DNA of 64,000 bases from positions 5,149 to 69,148 of the forward strand of contig NIVC01002634.1 in the NCBI GenBank assembly GCA_002269645.1, given 5' to 3'. Below the pieces are notes generated by a model that was not told the DNA's origin, made no database searches, and saw nothing but the letters and a program-made list of their open reading frames with translations. Below are positions 62,706 through 64,000 of this stretch, piece by piece. The DNA is from Macrostomum lignano. Its lineage: Eukaryota. Each line of letters opens with the position of its first letter. Positions within the stretch are counted from its first letter, which is position 1. A program made the position numbers and the translations under genes.

Positions 62706-63211
62706 ATGACTGACAGAATATGGGAATATGGTCCACTGACACCTGTTATGCTCACTGACACCGACATCCACCCATAGCATGTTCGAAACAATCAGAAAAT
62801 AATCTGCATTCTTCTCCCCACATTCAATCCGCAACGTGCTACCACATCCCTAAGACTTTAAATCATCAGCGCAGGGTCCTCACCCTTTGAAAAAAATTAA
62901 ATTCTCAATAAAAATGTTTCCAGTTGTCTCTCCAGGTTCTTATTATACTCAGCCTAATCCATTGTACAAATCCAAGTACCAATGCAAACTTGAATGCAGC
63001 GAATACATGAGAAAATATTGGCCCAGCGATGATATCAATGTCCCTAATATTAATCAAGCACTTAAATCTCACTGGTTTGAAAAACACGGAGTAGTCATTA
63101 ACAATTTTGACAGCTATTATAACTTTGCTGAAGTTATAAGGCAGTTGTAGTAGCCAACTACACGGTTGTACCTGGCGGCTTATATCGTAATTTTACAAGT
63201 CTGAAGACGAC

Positions 63212-64000
63212 TCACATTCTCTCAATAATAATTGTTAGCACAAACTCTTCCCCGTTAAAATCAACACCAACGCCATCCTCTGTTTCAAACTGCAGAATGA
63301 TTTCATGTATCTCTCTATTACTCAGAATCACTCTTTTCACGGTTTGGCTTTTGCACAAGCATTTTGCCACCAGCAACAGAGTTTGAAATGTTAAAAAGTA
63401 TGTTGCTTCGTTTGCCCTTGAATATCCAATCATGGCTCAGATTGCTGCGAATTAATATATTCAAACCTTTGACAATGTCAGCGATATTTGGCGCCAAGTA
63501 CATACCGGATATTAGCCGGGACACAGCAACAGTGCCAGGCGCCTGCAGCGGGCTTTGGTCTGTGGCGCCACCATAAACTCTCTTTTCAAATCCCAACTCG
63601 CGATACCAAGTGCCATCTTTAAACTCTACCTCTGCGTCCTTATGAACTTGCAAGACAACTCTCATGACAGTTAGATCATAAGTTAATCTAACAGGGAACA
63701 GTTTATTTTCTGGTTTGCTTTCATCCGTATCTCAAAATGCTTTCGTTAGTGAAGTTCTCCAAGAAGTAATTATAAGTATCCACGCTCTGTGTGCTGACTG
63801 GAAATATCACAACCTCTGTTGTAGTACGCTTCCATTTGTAATAAACTTGTTATTTTCCGCTGTCACATTGGGAACATTTGACCACCCAGTGAAATCATTG
63901 AGATAGACGTGGTAATTCGCCTCGGGATCCAAACGAAGTGGTTGCTCCAATTTTTGAATGAAGATTCCGTTTGACTCAGTAATGCGACCCGCTACAGTGA
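63212..64000 (-). pseudogene. Probable Polinton/Maverick (adintovirus) minor capsid (penton) gene, frameshifted
   Basis: Collinear fragments LEQPLRLDPEANYHVYL..WSNVPNVTAENNKF, ELGF, ILIRSNL..ILFNI..GKMLVQKP, IHEIILQFETEDGVGVDFNGEEFVLTIII* follow the motif order I recall for single-jelly-roll pentons; not database-checked. Confidence 0.5.

Overview
Eukaryotic (animal) genomic DNA, not prokaryotic. The style (GC-rich exons, minisatellite-packed introns, abundant LOA/RTE LINEs) reminds me of a Macrostomum-type flatworm assembly, but that is an unverified impression. Host genes: the last three exons of Brr2/SNRNP200 (+, 995-4312) and a convergent lin-28 (-, exons 10225-10095, 9473-9313, 8488-8311), with a second partial lin-28 copy (31719-31589, 30715-30555) that differs only at synonymous sites. 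Between the lin-28 copies lies a partly palindromic higher-order minisatellite array carrying two LOA/R1-group LINE insertions and a solo LTR. 34.9-47.4 kb is a nested stack: a twin-primed (5'-inverted) RTE, an Ingi-like LINE with a 2A/StopGo peptide and two PHD-like fingers in the RTE (TTG)n tail, a tRNA-headed SINE inside that LINE, and a full-length LOA-like LINE inside the RTE. Further right are LOA fragments, a 2-kb solo LTR, a mariner remnant, a Merlin-like MITE, an orphan two-exon gene end and a probable Polinton/adintovirus penton remnant. The most novel-looking signals are RNA-structural: a covarying 3' junction shared by three LOA families and by the SINE (a candidate new LINE-SINE partnership), and a covarying 5'-terminal fold (candidate ribozyme or switch). 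All folds and alignments were done by eye. Most long ORFs in the supplied track are repeat artefacts.
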